The position numbers and the translations under genes are program-made. The notes below the pieces were generated by a model. It made no database searches and had not been told where the DNA came from. It was given only the letters and a program-made list of their open reading frames with translations. 64,000 nt of DNA from Haliotis rubra (lineage: Eukaryota): positions 2,046,001-2,110,000 of the forward strand of contig NW_025767435.1 of NCBI RefSeq assembly GCF_003918875.1. The letters are read 5' to 3'. Shown here in pieces: positions 34,132 to 48,955 of this stretch (positions are counted from its first letter, which is position 1; each line of letters opens with the position of its first letter).

Positions 34132-37100
34132 AAAAGACTTATATGAAAACCTGTCACCATAATGTGTAACCTTTCCCCCCAATCCCTGACCTGTGCTATA
34201 CTGTACTGGTAAGTCCGACAAACTCTATAAATTCAGTAAAGGGTTCTTCTGCCATTGCAACTCAAACATCTCCTAATTTCCAAAATCGGAGAGCGGAAGG
34301 TCGGGGTTCAATCCCCGGCCTTGTGATAGTAAAAGATATTAAATATGGTACTTGATGGTCCCTGCCTGGCGCTCAGCATTAATGGGTAAAACAAGGACTG
34401 GTCGGCTTGTGTCTGAGTGGGTATTCATGATTAACTGTGGAATGGTATCTCAGTGAGCTAGCACTATAAAACCAGCATAAGTCTGGGCTAGTACAAGCAG
34501 CCGCACATACACACATCGTAATATGAGCAAAATATTCCTAATAAGTATGACGTTAAAAATCATTCCACCTGATGCTGGGCCACTGGCTGGTGTGTTGACC
34601 TCAAGCATGCATGTAGCTCTTCTTTATTCGTAAGCTTGACAAACTATACAGTTACAATAGTAACCTTACGAAAGACCCTGATGTTGTGTAAATGCATGTA
34701 AATATCAGCTCAGTTTGTACAGAATACAGTACCAAGTCGAAGCATATGATAATTCATAGTAAACACAGAATATGTCTGGTTTCAAATATATTTATTATAA
34801 AACAATATGAATAATATTCAACAATAAAATATTCTAACAATATCTGACATCTCATTCTGTTTATATTAACAAACAAAAACTGGCAAGGTAAATAGACAAA
34901 ACTCGCACACAAAGGTCCTGTTACTCTAAAGGTTTGCTACTTGAGTCCAGAGAACCCTCAAGATATTCAACCATTCACAGAAGGAAGCCTGGAATTCATA
35001 CCTAATTCTCAACAGTCTTTTACAGTGCTAACCTGTGAGTTGTAAACTGAGGTTCTAGTACTATTAGACTTGCCTAACTACACAAGCAAATCTAGGCTTA
35101 AGCTAGATCAAGCCAAAATTATGAGTCTTATGGAGTCTTGTTAGTGTTAACAGCACTTTATTTCATATGGCAACTCAAACTGGATGATTTAATTCAAACA
35201 GCAATAAAGACAAGGCCACAAACATTTGTTAACTAGTATCACATTTTGATCATTAAATTTTGTAAACATGTTCTACTGGGATTCCCTAATAATTTTCCTT
35301 CATTTATTTAAAAACAAGTACCTATATTATAAATAAAGATTCAAGTATGTATAATTATTTAGAACTCTTGCCTGAAGTTCATCAGCGGCAAAGCCTGACA
35401 ATCAAAATCAGAAATACATTTTCTATGGTTCTTCACATTTCTAAAGATAAAAACATGAGAACAGATAAAAACATGAGAACAGAACAAATAAAGAAAAGAA
35501 AAATAGGATAGAATTCCCCAAAATATAATTGTTTTTTTGTGGCCTAAGAGATTGCTACTAATACTTGGCCCAACTGAGATACACGCAAGCTGCTGAATCT
35601 TTAATATACATCACTTCAGAGACCATAAATGGTCTCTAATGACTTCAAGCATCAAGATAATGGGTCGACTATATTGCCCACAGGAAGTAACAGGTTATCC
35701 AGCTGAAGGAATGGTAGAAGCACACATCACTAAGTACAAATAAATCACATCCGTAATGCTACAAAAATAATATAAAAACTCTAACTACAAACCTTGATCT
35801 TCGTTCATATTTATCTACTTCTGAGCTAGTGAGAATGAAGATCTGAACTGAAAAGGGTTATCTGGAAATTTAACATCCCTGAGAGAAGGATAATATCCTC
35901 TACAACTCTCCTAATCACACTCACAAGGCAAATAATCCATCACTATACAACACAGAAATTGCTCTTCTCAAAAATATCTTGTGGTTTCTTTGAATAGAAT
36001 TTCTCCATCACTATGTAGTTTAACTTTTGGTTCAAATCATATAGAGTTTCTTTAGAGCATGAAACTAATATAAACAGCTACATCTATTACAAACACACAT
36101 TCAGGCTGATAACACCACACCTCTCTACTACATTTGATTTGGTTTAACAATTCTTTGTTCAGTGCTCTTCCCATCAAATGTTTATTAAATTAGCGACATT
36201 GTGTATGATGTGTCACACATCACATTTCATGAAACTGAACACATAATCACTTGAGTGACATTTTGAACTGCTTTTAGCAGAATTCAAGCTCCCAAATCAT
36301 GGCAGAGGGTGGGGAAGAGGAGCTCTTAAAGGGGACTTAATTTTGGGGAAAACATATCACATGAACAGCAGACCACTAAGAACAGTCCCCCCATTAAATG
36401 ACCCACCACCCTTTACACACCATCAGCAAACCAGACAATAATCAGTCCAAGCTTCGATCATCTCCATTCAGCATGAGTGATTACAAGATGTATACACCAA
36501 TATATATGTATACAGTAAGAGAATGTTTTGGCAGTAAGGTAGCATTTTGTCTGAAAGCATGATGACAATCTCAGCCAGCTTTGTCCGCTGGCTACAACAA
36601 TCCAGTTCCAGCTGCTCTGACTAACTGGTGTCCCTGGCATCACCAGCCTTGGCAGTTTGTCTTAAAGAATAATCCAGATGACCAGTGGAAAGGTTGCTAC
36701 TGAACGCTGGTCATAAACACATCGCTATGTTTGGTCTAGCCTTTCCACAGATTTGTAATAAAAATATAAGAGATCCAAAACGAGTGCCCATAACATTACC
36801 ATCTTAATCATTATATTCATTTATGACTTACTTTACCAAGCCTCTTTTTATGTTTTTGGCCTGTTGCTGAAAATGAAACAAACTTAAGGCACACTAAAGA
36901 ATGACTTCACACAAAAGACATTATCTGTCGTAACATTTAAGGAGGTAGTAAGGTTTTGGCAGTAGTGCCACAGGCAAAACATCTAAATGTTCATATTAAT
37001 GGTAATTCAAACATCAAGTTAGAATCATTCATCGGTGGAAGATGTGCTTCCTGCTATTGCTTCATATGTGGAAAAGTGATAACATAATTATAAACAATAT

Positions 37101-37544
37101 CATTCGAGAGTGAGGTAGAAGCCACATCGAACAGCGCTTCAGTTAAATACACATAGATCAAGGCTTGTCAGGAGCTGCTGCTCTGTGAGTGATAAATTCT
37201 GATGACATCCTCATATACAAATATACAATAAGAAAATAAATTGATCTTGTCCACTTTAGATAAAACTGATTGATCCAGGCTGGTTTTGAGGAGTTGATAT
37301 GGTTGGGTCACAGTAAGATTGGTCATTTCTGGTCAAAACTGGTTTGGTCAAGTTAAGGTGAAACTGATCTTAATGCAGGCAACAATAGGGCTGCAATGTG
37401 GTCAAGCCAGAGATAGAGTGGAGTCAGAGATCGATTTTGACAACCATCTCTTCAATAAAATAAAAAAATAGAAAAAATAGAATGGTCTGATATGGATAAG
37501 ATGAACCAGGGATAAACCCAGGCAGGTCACAAGGAGGTGCTTGA

Positions 37545-40500
37545 TCAAGCCAGAGTCTGTGGGTGGTCTGTCCTGATGACTTCCTCTTCCTCGTTGAGAT
37601 GGTTGTAGAGGGGGAACTCACAGCAGCACAGACACTTGAGGAAGGTGGGAAACACTCCGTACACTGGCGGGGGAATGGTATCAAGGGGCTCGTCCGCTTC
37701 TTGTAGGTTACATAGTCTTCATTCCTGAAAGAGTATTTCATACAATCATATCCAAACCATACACCTTGTTAACACTGACACATACAAAGCATTGATGCTC
37801 ATGATGTTGGTCACTGGATTATCTGGTCCAGATGGCTGATAGTATAGCTGGAATACTGCTGCATGCTGAGTTAAACAACAAACACAAACAAACATACAAA
37901 GGAACATGGTAAAATGGTAAAGTTTGACACTGTGGCCTAAAATAGAAAACAGTGTGACAACAAACCAAATGACACTAATTAATGGGGACCCTGCTGAACC
38001 CTTTTTCAATGGTGTTCATTTAAATAGTCGTGATAAAACAATGTCCTAAAACCAAAAAGTTGGTGAAAACTCACTTGCGTATAACTGATTTTCCAACAGT
38101 CCTACACTCTACTGCTCCCCACTCAAATCTGTGATCATAATCGTTCTATAGTATTTGCTGAAGGAGTCAGGATACAGCCAAGAGTAAGTGTCACACAGCA
38201 TCATTGGAAGAAATATTTCAACAGCGCTAAGTAAGTTGGAGAGGGGGACCTGCCATATAGCTGGAATATTTCTGAGTGCTGTGTTAAACAACATACCAAC
38301 CCTGAGCTCGGATTTAGTGCTTTGTTACTTGCACTGGTGCAATCCAATATTACAAAGTGCAACCTAGTTATTAGTCAAACTTGCACCAGGTGCAAGTCAA
38401 TTTTTGAGAAAATAAATCAACAATAAATCTAACAGCTCTTGTAAACAGGGATCAGCTGTGTCTCTGTGTTGCTATGGTTTCATGGGTACATCATAGAAAT
38501 ATGTTTATGTGCACCGAAACCTATGACGTTTTAACACACTACATTGCAACTGTAATTTGGCTGGTGCAACTAGGTTTTTTATCTTAGGTTGCACCTGGTG
38601 CAAGTAGGTTAACATCTCTTAAATTGAGCCCTGCAACCAACCAAGTAAGTTGGGCTAACCAAGCCAAATGGATGATTCACCTGCCGAGTAGCACTAGCAG
38701 TTAAATTGTTTCGTCCCAGTAACTACAAAGAGTGAGTGAGTGAGTGATTTGGGTTTTTACGCTGCTTTTAGCAACATTCTAGCAATATCACAGCAGGGGA
38801 CACCAGAAATGGGCTTCACACACTGTGCCCATGTGGGGAATTGAACCCGGGTCTTCGGCGTGACGAGCGAACGTTTTAACCACTAGGCTACCCCACAGCC
38901 CCTAACTACAAAGAGAGATCTTGTAGTATGGAAAAAATGATTAAGAGAAACTGATGGTTAACTGAGGTTTGAACTTTTATCGGAATTAATATTAAGCAAT
39001 TTATGAAACTTGAAGAACTAGGGACTGTAACGAGCAAGACAAATGTCTTCACGAAAACTACGAAACTACAGGTAAATCCCTTCACCCATACGGAAAATCA
39101 AACCTACATCTTCTCTGTGAAGCACCTGTGCTTTAACCACTAGGTTACCCTGACACCCACTGTTGACCACGACACAGAAGAACACATTATGTTCACACAT
39201 GGAGTGAGTGAGTGAGTGAGTATGGTTTTATGTCGGCATTAGCAATATTTCAGCAAAATTACGACAGGGGACACTAGAAATGGGCTTCACACATTGTACC
39301 AATGTGGGAAATGGAACCCGGGTTTTTTGGCACTACGAGAGAACGCTTTACCACAAGGCTACCCAACTGCTCCGCACACATGGAGAGCTACTGACAATAT
39401 TAAGAGCTTGTTCCAGGTAAATCTGTATGCCTTACTTCCTGTATCGCTCGTCCGACTTCTGTTCCAGGAGAGGAATACCGCTGAGGAAGAGTAGAATGGC
39501 CATAGTGAACACAGGACTGAGGACGGCCACCCACTGACCATCGACCAGGATACTGGTACTGATGAGGAACACGCCGATCCATAGGGTGATCTCACCAAAA
39601 TAGTTTGGGTGTCGTGACACTTTCCATAATCCTGGAAGGAAATTAATCATTAAACCTCATGGTATCAAACAGCACCACATCTAATCTGCTTGGAGACGGT
39701 TGATAATATAATTGTAAGCCTTTCACTCACCCACTAATACCAGTACAATGCCCAGGCACATGCTTCATTAAAAAGACAAAGACATTACAAGGAGTTGTCT
39801 CCCCTTATACATCTGCTTTAGAGGATATTTGCCTGCTCTGGTCAAACAATACAATAATTAATATTTATCAATATTAATTCATTAATAGAGCAGCTACAGA
39901 TAAAAAGTCATCTTTTAGCATGTGGATAGATAAGAAACTATTATTATTTGACAAGAATGCCAAATAATTTTTCAATACATATTTTCAATCAATGGATGAA
40001 TTAAGTTTGGCATAATCATGATACAATTTCATTAAAATCAGATCTTTTCCCCCTCTACCACAAAACAAAGATCTGAGGATATCCCATTACAGATCATATC
40101 AGAATGACTATTACAGAATGTTCTTTAGTTCAGTCTTCAAATTTGAATCAAGAATTTTGTAATAAGTGTAGTATTGACTCAACGTCGCCAGTTACAAACT
40201 AGTGTCATTCAGCTCAATAAAGCTGCTTTCTGACTGGCTGATGTTGACTTCCTTTAAACGGTTGATCAATGCTCGTAGAATGTTGTTCTGTAACGGTACA
40301 CCTTCAGATCTAGTTTTATGGTAGCAGGACAATGACTGATCTTAATGTGATGAATCATGATAAAACTAACTCCGACATAATCGTAATGATTAACACATTG
40401 ATCGAACTGGCTGACTGACCGTCACCACTGTCTAACATCAACTGGAATATTGTAGAAGTTGTTCATATGAAAATCATATTTACTTCACTGGTCACACTTT

Positions 40501-43500
40501 TTAAAAAAATTAACAAGTTTGGAAATAAGACTGTTCATCCATGGATTCTAGTTGCATCGTTTTCAATATTTGATGAGCCATAGCTAAATGTTAAAGTAAA
40601 CAAAACAGTATGACAACATTTACCCTTATCACACCATTTTCCTTTGTTGATCGGATCATTCCTGAAACCAAATTTCTGGAAATCGGCAAAAGTTTCTGAG
40701 AAAAGCCCTATTGCAAAGAACACAATGCCAACAATATCCTGAGGTGTGAGGTAGATGCTCTTGACTGCACTGGCTGGTGCATTGATGAAGATCACAGGTA
40801 GGCTCACAGTAAACACCCACACAGCCTGCAACAATACAAACATGCCTTAGGTTCTGTAGCTCACCTCTCTCTTAATACTTAGACTACATTCTTTAAGTAA
40901 TCTGGGGTAAGGTTGACAGAGTGTCTTTAGTTTTATGCTGCTTTAACAATAATCCAGCAATATCACAGTAGGGAACACCAGAAACAGTCTTCAAACATTG
41001 TACCAATGTGGGGAATCGCATGAGGGAAAGCTTTAACCACTGTGCTACCCGACTGCCTGGGTAATGTTGAAACCAAAGGATCACTTTGAGAAAGAATGCT
41101 CTGGGTATCTCCAAGCCTACCTCATACTGAAAATGGGCACAAATGCAAATAACTTGATGGAAAAAATAAAGAAATATCAATATACATAAACACTTTAACT
41201 CTTTACTATTAAGGCAACACTTACAAACTTAACAAATATAACAAAATAGTTTATAGAAATCTGTTTTTGCATATTCTCAGACAAATTCTCAAACTTAACA
41301 AATGTATCACATCAAAGGCCAATTTGTGTAACAAAACATCTTTGAGATTTGGTGATATAGTGCTTACCTGAAATACCCAAAATCCAGCAAATTTCAAACA
41401 GTTTTCTCTTTTGTCATCAAAGCGTTTGTCTTCTCCAATCTTGATGATACGATACAGCAAATATCCTGAGAGCCGAAGACCCCAAACCACTACAAACACG
41501 GTGATGATAATCTGCCGTGTACTGTACGTCTGAAACACAAAAAACAGGAGAGACATCAGCAGAGTTCTGGATTGCTGTGTCTACAGCATTAGGATGTTAT
41601 TCAAATAAGAATGGAGATATGGATTAGTTGTTAGGTAATTAGTACTTGTCAAAGAAGACAACAACACGATGACAACTAGTTAGGAGACAATACTAAACAG
41701 GTAGGGATATTTTTGCTTATGATTGATTAGGAATTAAGATGAACACCTCTTTTACATAAGACCATGAAGGTCCGGGTTAGAATTGATCTTCAGTAACCCA
41801 TGCTTGTCGTACGAGGCGACTAACGGGATTGGGTGGTCAGGCTCGCTGACTGGGTTGACACATGTCATTGTATCCCAATTGCATAGATTGATGTTCTAAC
41901 ACATTGATCAAACTGGCTGACTGAACGTCACCACTGTCTAAAATCAACTGGAATATTGTAGAAGTTGTTCATATCAAAATCATATTTACTTCACTGGTCA
42001 CACTTTTAATTTTTTTTAACTATTTTGGAAATAGACCGTTTATCCATGGATTCTAGTTGCATCGTTTTCAATATTTGATGAGCCATAGCTAACTGTTAAA
42101 GTAAACAAAACAGCATGACAACATTTACCCTTATCACACCATTTTCCTTTGTTGATGGGATCATTCCTGAAACCAAATTTCTGGAAATCGGCAAAAGTTT
42201 CTGAGAAAAGTCCTATTGCAAAGAACACAATGCCAACAATATCCTGAGGGGTGAGGTAGATGCTCTTGACCGCACTGGCTGGTGCGTTGATGAATATCAC
42301 AGGGAGGCTCACAGTAAACACCCACACAGCCTGCAACAATACAAACATGCCTTAGGTTCTGTAGCTCACCTCTCTCAATACTTAGACTACATTCTTTAAG
42401 TGATCTGAGGTAAGGTTGAGCGAGTGTCTTTAGTTTTACGCCGCTTTTAGAATAATCCAGCAATATCACAGTAGGGAACACCAGAAACAGTCTTCAAACA
42501 TTGTACCAATGTGGGGAATCGCATGAGGGAAAGCTTTAACCACTGTGCTACCCGACTGCCTGGGTAATGTTGAAACCAAAGGATCACTTTGAGAAAGAAT
42601 GCGCTGGGTATCTCAAGGCCTACCTCATACTGAAAATGGGCACAAAATGCAAATAACTTGATGGAAAAAATAAAGAAATATACATATACATAAACACTTT
42701 AACTCTTTACTAAGGCAACACTTACAAAATGAACAAATATAACAAAATAGTTTATAGAAATCTGTTTTTGCATATTCTCAGACAAATTCTCAAACTTAAC
42801 AAATGTATCCCACCAAAGGCCAATTTGTGTAACAAAACATGTTTGCACAGAATTATCTTTGAGATTTAGTGATATAGTGCTTACCTGAAATACCCAAAAT
42901 CCAGCAAATTTCAGACAGTTTTCTCTTTTGTCATCAAAGCGTTTGTCTTCTCCAATCTTGATGATACGATACAGCAAATATCCTGAGAGCCGAAGACCCC
43001 AAACCACTACAAACACGGTGATGATAATCTGCCGAGTACTGTACGTCTGAAACACAAAAAGCAGGAGAGACATCAGCAGAGTTCTGACAGGATTGCTGCT
43101 GTGTCTACAGCATTAGGATGTTATTCAAATAAGAATGGAGATATGGATTAGTTGTTAGGTAATTAGTACTTGTCAAAGAAGACAACAACACGATGACAAC
43201 TAGTTAGGAGACAATAGTAGACAGGTAGGGATATTTTTGCTTATGACTGATTAGGAATTAAGATGAACACCTCTTTTACATAAGACCATGAAGGTCCGGG
43301 TTAGAATTGATCTTCAGTAACCCATGCTTGTCGTACGAGGCGACTAACGGGATTGGGTGGTCAGGCTCGCTGACTGGGTTGACACATGTCATTGTATCCC
43401 AATTGCATAGATTGATGTTCATAGTGTTGATCCCTGGATTGTCTGGCCCAGACTCGATTATTTACAGACTGCCACCATATAGCTGGAATATTGCCGAGTG

Positions 43501-45483
43501 CAGAGTAAAACTAAACTCACTCACTCTTTTTACATAAGAATAACTGTAATACTGGTACTGTAGGGATCTTTTGTCAGAAGCATCGCAAAACCATAGTCAC
43601 TCACTTTCTTCCTGTACTGTGCTTAAAATACAAATAGTTTTAACCCTTGCTGAACCAAACATTAACAGTATTGCAGTTAACATGTACTTAGTGGTGGATG
43701 CACCGGGGGATAGGTATCACGATCACTGATTATATCTGACATGAATTTATGTCATTATTAATTCTAATTCAGCTTAGTATGTAACACGACTTCTGATTGG
43801 TCAGTGCTATACATTTCTGACCGTATTATCATTTGCAGCGGGCAGCTCATTTCTAATAACTAGAGGGCGGTTTCATGATAATTCCGTCCATTTTAGCTAT
43901 AACACTATAATTTATTCATCATTGTCAGATTTAGTCAGTGTGCACATAATAAATGTGTTGAAGTTTGAAAAGGAACTACTATTTCTGGCGATGGTGTAAG
44001 TTCAAGGAGTGATATGATTAACCTTGACCTAGAGGAACTTTGACCTGGGTCCCGTTCCTCAAAGCGATCGTAACCCTAAGACGATCGTAACTCCCATACT
44101 TTAACATAGACTTACGATAGTCGTAGTGCTACAATCGCATTGAGGAACGGGGCCCTGGTTTAATTAATGAATTTTTTTCACGATAAAACAACATAAAATG
44201 AGTTGAATTAGAACTCCGCTTACGTGTCGCCGATATAACTAAATTTGCGGCTATATAACCACCGGTATACGTCCCCAATTCGTCAAACACAGTACAGTTA
44301 TCCCCTAATTATTATAAGCTTAATATCATCACGCATAACTGAAATTATATTTCCTTTCACAAATACAAGACACTGACAGTACAAAATGACGTCTGACAAC
44401 ATTACATTGGTTAAACATGTCATCACAGAGAAACAAACCTTGTAATGAGTCATATCTTTATCACTCAAGACGTTAGGTCACACAAAATATGAAACTACCA
44501 AATATGAGAGACAGTAGTCGCATGTTTTGTGGGACCTAATGTCTTGAACTAAAATGTGACTCATTACAACTATGATTTGGGTCATTTTGGATGAAAACTG
44601 TGTTAAATACGTAAGATTCCTTGGTCGCCATGATCATGTCTACCTCCCTTATCTAACACTGTTCTAAAATCTCTCTTCAACTCCTTCATGTCCAGCTCAA
44701 GGTATCCTAATCTCTATGACCAAGCATTTTATCAAATACTGTCTCGAATATTATGCATAACTTCGAAGTACCTGTCGGTCCCGACCATTCCCTGTTATAG
44801 TTGTCATCATTTGAATACGGTTACACGAATTCTGACAAAAATACACCACGATGAGTCGGTGAAGAAAAGTTGGTCCCATAAGATTCAAACAACAGCAATC
44901 TTGTATACATAAGCCGAAGTCAGTCAATGAGAAGTTGATTGGTGTAGCAAACTGATCCAATTAACAAACCAGCGTGGCTCACACCTTTCCGCCTTTGTCG
45001 GGTGAGTTCAAAAGGCAGATTAGTGATCTTACGGAAATCACTGTCTGTGCTAATCAGCCTGGAACTGATAAGGTGCCCCTATTAGTGATATGGAAATCAT
45101 TGGATAAACAAATGCTTAGGCGGAGGAATTAGGACTGGATCATCTTTTTTTTCTACCCTCATAGACATACCTATGTCTCGAATACATCGATAAGTCAAAT
45201 TTATCACTTGGTCCCCAGAGATTCGACTCATCGAGAGTTGACTGTAGTATTCTTCGCACATTAAAACAGTTTATTTTTGGTCATGGCAACTTGTTCTGTG
45301 TTTTGCTCAACATACCTCAGCAAGAAAAAATGTCAGAACAGCCAAAACTACAAAGTTCGTGCCACCAGCAAAGTCTGTCACTTTGTCAAATTTACATGTA
45401 CATGCGATGAGGAAGAAGCTGAACTGCATAGCAACGGTAACTATGGCACATATTGCCAGGTTGTTTTCGTCCAATATCCACAT
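37545..45483 (-). CDS. DUF1295 family / steroid 5-alpha-reductase-like multi-pass membrane protein
   Basis: Exons 45483-45316 ([14 protein letters not shown]), then [43046-42885, 42330-42129] or the duplicate pair [41529-41368, 40825-40624] ([20 protein letters not shown]; [19 protein letters not shown]), 39631-39436 ([25 protein letters not shown]) and 37724-37545 ([12 protein letters not shown]; needs one extra C to reach EFPLY..*). Confidence 0.88.
38729..38903 (-). mobile_element. SINE family A with TSD TAACTACAAAGAG
   Basis: Full-length copy with a direct repeat on both flanks. Confidence 0.88.
40391..43420. repeat. Tandem duplication of about 1.5 kb (40391-41896 and 41897-43420) carrying exons 2 and 3 of the DUF1295 gene
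   Basis: The two copies are colinear. The junction GATGTTC|TAACACATTG lies inside a SINE-B copy. Confidence 0.92.
44048..44154. mobile_element. Palindromic MITE, CTG-flanked (PIF/Harbinger-like)
   Basis: GGTCCCGTTCCTCAA...TTGAGGAACGGGGCC with CTG on both flanks. Confidence 0.7.
44741..45244 (-). mobile_element. Tc1/mariner-type MITE, truncated inverted copy of 5654-6187
   Basis: Reverse-complement match. Both copies yield the same spurious [26 protein letters not shown]. Confidence 0.8.
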
Positions 45484-48400
45484 TCTCTAAGAACCTGATG
45501 AATTCTGGAAAAATTAAAAAGGTTTTCATTAAAACGATGTATACAAACTCTAGTGATACATTCAGAAAGTTAAAATACTTCTTCTGTTGTTCATTGTTTC
45601 ATTTTGACTGTTTTCCATTGTTTGTTTGCACGAACTGTATGTGCAATAAATACTAAAGCTACAGAATATCAAATCTGAAACTGGTAAAAGATTATCAACT
45701 AATGATAACGCAGTCAACCTGCAGTAAGCTTCAAAATCAGGGCTAATATACATGCCCCATCCACCAAGATTACACTCCCCAACTGAAAAACATCAGCACA
45801 GCATACACAGTCCACACCATTAAACTCTCAAGCAATCTTCAAAAAAGATTTCTGTTATATAACAATGAAAATTGCCTCAGTAGCTATATCAGTCAATTCA
45901 TTATATTTTCACCTGATTATCCTTGTGGTTGTATATCCTACCACATAAATCTGAAGGTTTAATTAAATAATGAAATCATTGGCCACCAAACAACTGTCTC
46001 TCTATGCATGAATACATAACAGTATGATAGTAACAATGTTATTTATTTGAACCACACTCTTAGATTTCTGTGCTTTGGTTGGTTGTTTGGTTGTTTAACG
46101 CCGTACTCAGCAATATAACAGCTATATGATGACAGTCTGTAAATAATCGAGGATGGACCAGATAATCCAGTGATCAATGCAACTGGGATACGACGACAAG
46201 TTTCAACCAAGTCAGTGAGTCTGACCACATGATCCCGTTAGTCACCTCTTATGACAAGTTTGGATTAATGAAGATGAATTCTAACCCGGATCTACACGGG
46301 TCTGAGATTTCTGTGCTATGATTTTCTTACACTGTATTGATCTTTTCAAAGAGACAAAACAACAAAATACAAGAAATAATGAAGTCCCTGTTTCACGAGA
46401 ATAATCCAGGTGTTAATAATAACATACTTACCTGTCAGAAGTCAGGTACACTCCACTAATGTGATAACACTTTTATAAATCCTCTTATATATGGAATCTG
46501 CTTACGTAACTGGTACATATAGAGGCCTCACTCACATGACAAACTTAGGTAAGCTCTCTTCTGTTGAAAGTAGGTCAAGCACATGGGTACACCTGCACTC
46601 AGATTTGGCTCAACAGCTCGTTACATATTGGGCCATTCATAACGTCAGTTTAATAATGTGACTCAGAAGCATATGACTTTGAAATAATACCATTTCCGCA
46701 CTGGTGAGCACTAACCTGACACTGACCTCAAGGCCCACAATTAAAACATATAAAAACTTATATGATATACTGTCACATACGGCATAGGAATTATACAAAT
46801 TAAGTCACTCATTAAAACCATACACAACAAATTATATTTGTCTGTTTTTTAATGAAGTGAAATTTGTTTACTTCAGATTTAGTGAAACAAAGATTGTTTT
46901 GAATCCATACACCCCTTCTATTTTTGCTGTATACATAAGAAAATATATGAAAGTTCTGTACATTTTCGGTCAAAGTAGGGGCCGAGTGCTTATAAACTTA
47001 CTTACAGTTAGAGACTGGTGTAGAAGCCTAGTCAGGCCTGCTGACTTAAAACAGGGTGGGAAATACTAGGACCCCTACACCCACTTGTACAAATCTCACT
47101 ATGTCAGTCTGACATTTATTGGTCAGTACTAAAATTTATATCCCTGTGAACCCATTAAAACCCAAACAGTCAATACAACAGGACCAAGCCAACAGCCAAA
47201 TTAAATTGGTCAATAAAATATGTTTAGTTGTAAACACATACAAACGCATGTACGTGCGGCATGTCTGCATGCAGGCGCATATAATTACAAGCGAGTCAGG
47301 TAATTTCGTGCGTCCGGTAATTCAGCGCAGCTGCAACAGCGTACTTCTGTATCGAAGGTAAACATCGTCTGCTACCACATTTACGCTTAAAATCGAGACA
47401 TTTCTACAAGGGACTGGCTTTTAATCACTAAATTAAGGTAAGTAAATAACAGTAATTGACAGATAAATTGACAGTTTTATGAAAATTCGTTTTCTTCAGA
47501 CTTTTAAATCTTTTTCTATATTATTCATATTTGGATTTAATATGAAACACTCTTCCTTACGTTGATGAAGTGATTTTTTAAAATAATCTGGCCCTAATAT
47601 CAGTTAATGAAATAAGCCAAAAACTCAGCTATACATCAGGGCTGGTAACTTCAAATTGTTACCAGTCCAAAATGGATTTAACCAGACCAAACACCCAAGA
47701 TATAGTGAATTTACTCAAATTTACGATTATTTTACCAGACCATCGGGCTGGCTAACTGTAAATTTAGACTGTCCGTCAGAAATCTTGCCCATCTCGGGCG
47801 GTCGGACGGGACTTATTTCATACACTGCTAATATGCTTCCATACTTCGGATCTCCAGCTGGATGTTATGCGCATTAATTGCTGCGCAGAATTACCGGACA
47901 GCAAGCGATGTCGTCAGAACGCCGGTAGTATGGCATAATGTAGCCGAGAGCCAGGCATAATGTAACATTAGACTCTTAGATCTATAGTCGTCAATAAAAC
48001 TTATATTTCATAGTACATATGATGCATACCTACATGTTTAGTCACGTAAACCACAACAAAAAAGATACGTTAGTTGCCGTGTTGAGATCGATGTGCTTAG
48101 GTGCGGAATTACCGAACGACATTGTAATAAATAAAGACAAATATTTGACAATTTGTACGGGTTTGCCCGTGTTGTATCAGATCGCGATACATTAACACTT
48201 CCTGACGTTGTCTTTATTGTTATAAAAAAACATTCCGTAAGTGCCCTCATAATTTTTTCCATCTCACTGACAGAAAGTGTTAGGGATGACTGAAGTGACA
48301 GCCTGCAGACCGCACGTTTCCAAGCACGTGATTCATAAATGCCCGTTATTTCACACGATCATCGATCAGTACAGCGGTGTTAGGAACATACTGCGCGAAT

Positions 48401-48955
48401 CGCACGTCATTTGAACGAACAAAATATATAATGCTTGGAAATCCACGACTTGGGTATAACTTCAAAATTTTCATCAAAAATGAATGCATACCTCCAAAAT
48501 GATTGAGAACGTCTATGCCTTGACAGTTGTTGACATGCTTACATAAATGGGCGGGGAGTATTTTCATCCGGGGCTTTCATTTTGAACTCTAGACACTGTC
48601 CTCCAATCTATAATGTAATATAAAATGGAGTCACATTAACCCTGTAAAGAGATTGGTGCATTGTTTAAAAATAACCGCATTTCTAATGCGCCTGACAGGA
48701 AGTAGGGAAAGCACATGTTCACGACCCCAGACCTGTTTACAACGGAAGTTAAAGCAACAAGAAACGACAAAACGCTACCCGTTGTTCAGTTATATTCACC
48801 ATTGCCAGTATTAATGATGCTAACGATTAATCAGAAGTACTTTGCTTCGCAGGTAAACTATTGTCGTTAACCTTAGTACGCCGTCGCTGTCGTGACTGTG
48901 GTTTCAAATGCACGTGTGGGAACCACTACCCGAAATCAAAATCAAACACCGACGT

